Positions 61,308-64,000 of a stretch of DNA of 64,000 nt are shown here, one piece after another (positions within the stretch are counted from its first letter, which is position 1; the number at the start of each line of letters is the position of its first letter). The DNA comes from Lepidodermella squamata. Its lineage: Eukaryota; Animalia; Gastrotricha. The notes under the pieces are model-generated. The model had not been told where the DNA came from and searched no databases. It was given only the letters and a program-made list of their open reading frames with translations. The stretch is from positions 682,001-746,000 of the forward strand of contig JBLDXI010000066.1 of the NCBI GenBank assembly GCA_047495785.1, given 5' to 3'. The position numbers and the translations under genes are program-made.

Positions 61308-62293
61308 CCGATCGCCTCATATTCGCCATCATCATGAGACGCAATTTTGGGGTCACTATACACATCTGTTGCTTTAACTCAGAACGCCAGTCTGAAAAGG
61401 TGAAATAAGCACTCAACCTTAATCAACCCTAATTGCTCTGGCTCCAACCGTTGAGCAGCCAACAACGATACGATGGATGGACAATATCTGCAACCGCAGA
61501 AAGGGACCTGCGCCAGTTCCCATTCATATTGTAAATTACCTAGGGCCAGGGACATGAGGCATAGCTATGACGCCGCTTGTTTACGAGAACGAAGCGGTGG
61601 CCCTTAATGAGGATCAAAGTTCAATTTTCTAGTAAATCACCCCGCTTTTAATGTATTCATCCTTAGTCATTGCCAACATTTTGAATACATTGCAGGTTTC
61701 AAGTCTCGGTGTTATAACTACGTCTCATGCTCGGGGACGGAAATTACTAAGAGGTTTCTCATGGCTCATTGTGTTACGGAGTGTCCCAAAACACAACTTT
61801 TACTTCTTTATCCCCTGTAAACAGAGAAGTACAACGCCACTTGAAGAGCTACGAGAACGAAGTGTAGCATATGTTGGCTGAGACCCAACAGCAAGTGAAG
61901 AAGATCACCTTAGGGAGGAACTGTCCGAAAATTTTCGAGGTTCAAGGCAAACACAGCACGGAATCCCTAACACAGGATAATGTAGAACTCCCCACGCAGA
62001 AGTGAATTATGTAGAAAATGAAAATGTCCTTTGTGATTTCATCCTTTCTTTTGCTGGCAGGCATTTTAAAGGCTGAATTTCAGTCCTGTCTTTCCGGCAA
62101 TGGAGCGGCTAGCCAGCCTGGGTAGGCTTGAGAAATCATTTTTCATCAATTAAAAGCACTGAAGAATGTCCGCTGCTTCCGCACGCCTGCTTTCAACGTG
62201 ACCAATAATAAAAGCCTTACCACGCATAAAGCATCTGATGACACCAACTTCTCTATCGCAGAGAAAACACTCATTATCATTCATTTCAAGGCG

Positions 62294-63520
62294 ATGAACA
62301 GGTCACTGGAAAGTATTCCGATAGCCGAGAAGGTTAACAGTGCTTGGTTAAGGGTCGACCTCCCACAGCAAGGCTACGGCCACCCAAAAGAGTACTTTGT
62401 GGGGTATGCGAACGACCTATCAGCTCGCGGCCTGTCTGATCGTCTCATATTTCCGATCATAGTGGCCATTTTGTTATTAGCGCTGACAGTAGCTTGTATA
62501 ATCAACCTAATTATCTACGTACGACGTGGCGTTAAACGGGACTTTTTGATGCTAGCAACCATCTCCCATATACGCAGCATTCTCTTCGCAATTGACATAA
62601 ACATTTTATACATTGGGCCACTTGCAACTGGCGGGTGGGACTGGCCTGATTGGACCTGCAAAGCTGTTTTCGTTGGAGGTTGGATGACAGGCATTTACGG
62701 CACGAACATCGATTCTTTGATATCTTACGAACGGCGATTGTGCTTATCCTCGAAATCAATTACCTATCGATCAAACACCTTGAAAATTCTGGCTATAGCT
62801 TTCGCTCAGTTGATTTCTTGCACTTTAATGAGTTTGGCCTTCCTGGTTTGGCCATTCAATACAGCTGCAGTAAAAACTTTGATTGTTACAGGTGTAAATG
62901 ATGATAAACCATTCGCCATCTGTACGCAATGGGACTACAACTTCGTCAACGATTTCGACACTTCATTCTTGACGATTGTTTATTACGCATCAAATTACAG
63001 CTTCGCGATTCCATTTCTGGCTTACAACTACTGGAAAGCGTTCAAATCCATCGCGAGTTTGAAAGCAAGTGAAAGCCAATGCAGCACGCAAGCCATTACA
63101 TTGCAAACAACAAAATCTGGAAACGTCAAAGCAATTCCGCGATGGCAGCGTCGCGAAATCTACCTGATGAAGATGTCAGTGCTGATGTTTGTCATTTTCA
63201 TCATCACCTTCTTACCCGCATTCTGGTCAACGTAAGTCGTTTCGTTTTTTTTGGAAACGTTCAGATTAATATTTATGTTTATTTTACGATTCAGTTTCGC
63301 TCAAGCAACTTGGAGACTCGGTGCGTATGTTGTGGAGGTAGCTTGGGTGCGTAAAGTCTCCATTTGCATCATGATTTTCGGCTCGCTTGTATCAGCTATT
63401 TTGCAATCTCTCTCGCCGTCATATCTCGAAAAGCGATTCGACAGCATAGAAAGCTTGTTTTCGCGCTTTCAAAGCAGCATTTCTAAAGCGTTTCAGAGGA
63501 AAGTTGCCCCCACAGCTTGA
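62294..63520 (+). CDS. Rhodopsin-like GPCR 4; intron ~63232-63294
   Basis: Close paralog of GPCR 1. Confidence 0.9.
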
Positions 63521-64000
63521 AGCCCTTCTTTTCCGTTAGGAGAATAATGTGTAATGTTCGTTTGAATTTACTTGATTGATAAGTGTGGCTAGTTGCTAGT
63601 TCTGTCGACCTTTCTCTCGGAACATCTTGTCTTGTTGCATTCTTGGCGAAATTTATTGAGCCAAGCAAATCCGTGTCTTTTGTCGTCATCAATTCAGTCA
63701 CACTTCTGTTTTTCACCGTAGTCATCTTCAGATATTAAAGGCAGCATGAATCGTAGTTAACCTCAGCAACCATAGCCGGAGCAACATTTCATGTCCATAT
63801 TCCGTATTTGGTGAAAATATTTGTATTTTTTTTTAAATCAACGGAGCTACGCATTGTGTTATTTCTATTGAATATGCGCAGTTTTCCGTGAAACGTTTTT
63901 GTAAAACCGTGCTCCGTAACTTGAAAATAAACCATATTCCGTAAAAAAGCTTGAAAAAACAAAATAATTAAAAAATGTTTTTCACGTGTTCTTGCTCGAA

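Noticed and set aside
1-64000. CRISPR arrays, tRNA/rRNA genes, prokaryotic operons
   Set aside because: None seen; spliceosomal introns throughout.

Overview
Eukaryotic (metazoan, invertebrate-type) gene-dense DNA with many short GT-AG introns (about 45-65 nt), so the six-frame ORF track fragments most genes; I rebuilt exon chains by hand from splice sites and reading-frame phase. Contents in order: a secreted 6-repeat Cys-rich protein; a signal-peptide + dynein-light-chain-like gene; a divergent nuclear receptor; a GC-rich I/Jockey-type LINE; a signal-peptide + EGF + ankyrin gene; a secreted EGF protein; a head-to-head Ly6/three-finger-like pair; a ~14 kb FReD/C-type lectin/LamG/sushi/WSC mosaic gene; three 2-EF-hand genes; then a ~24 kb region with five intronless ~8-TM proteins of a family I cannot name, two prepro-peptide genes, a divergent Cys-loop channel, an alpha-arrestin and four rhodopsin-like GPCRs. 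Several MITE/foldback elements are present. Two candidates for an undescribed system: (1) one duplicated promoter + signal peptide + phase-1 microexon cassette spliced onto two unrelated, normally cytosolic domains (dynein light chain-like; ankyrin repeats); (2) the ~8-TM family embedded in a putative chemosensory cluster. No database searches were run; all family calls are by motif recognition.
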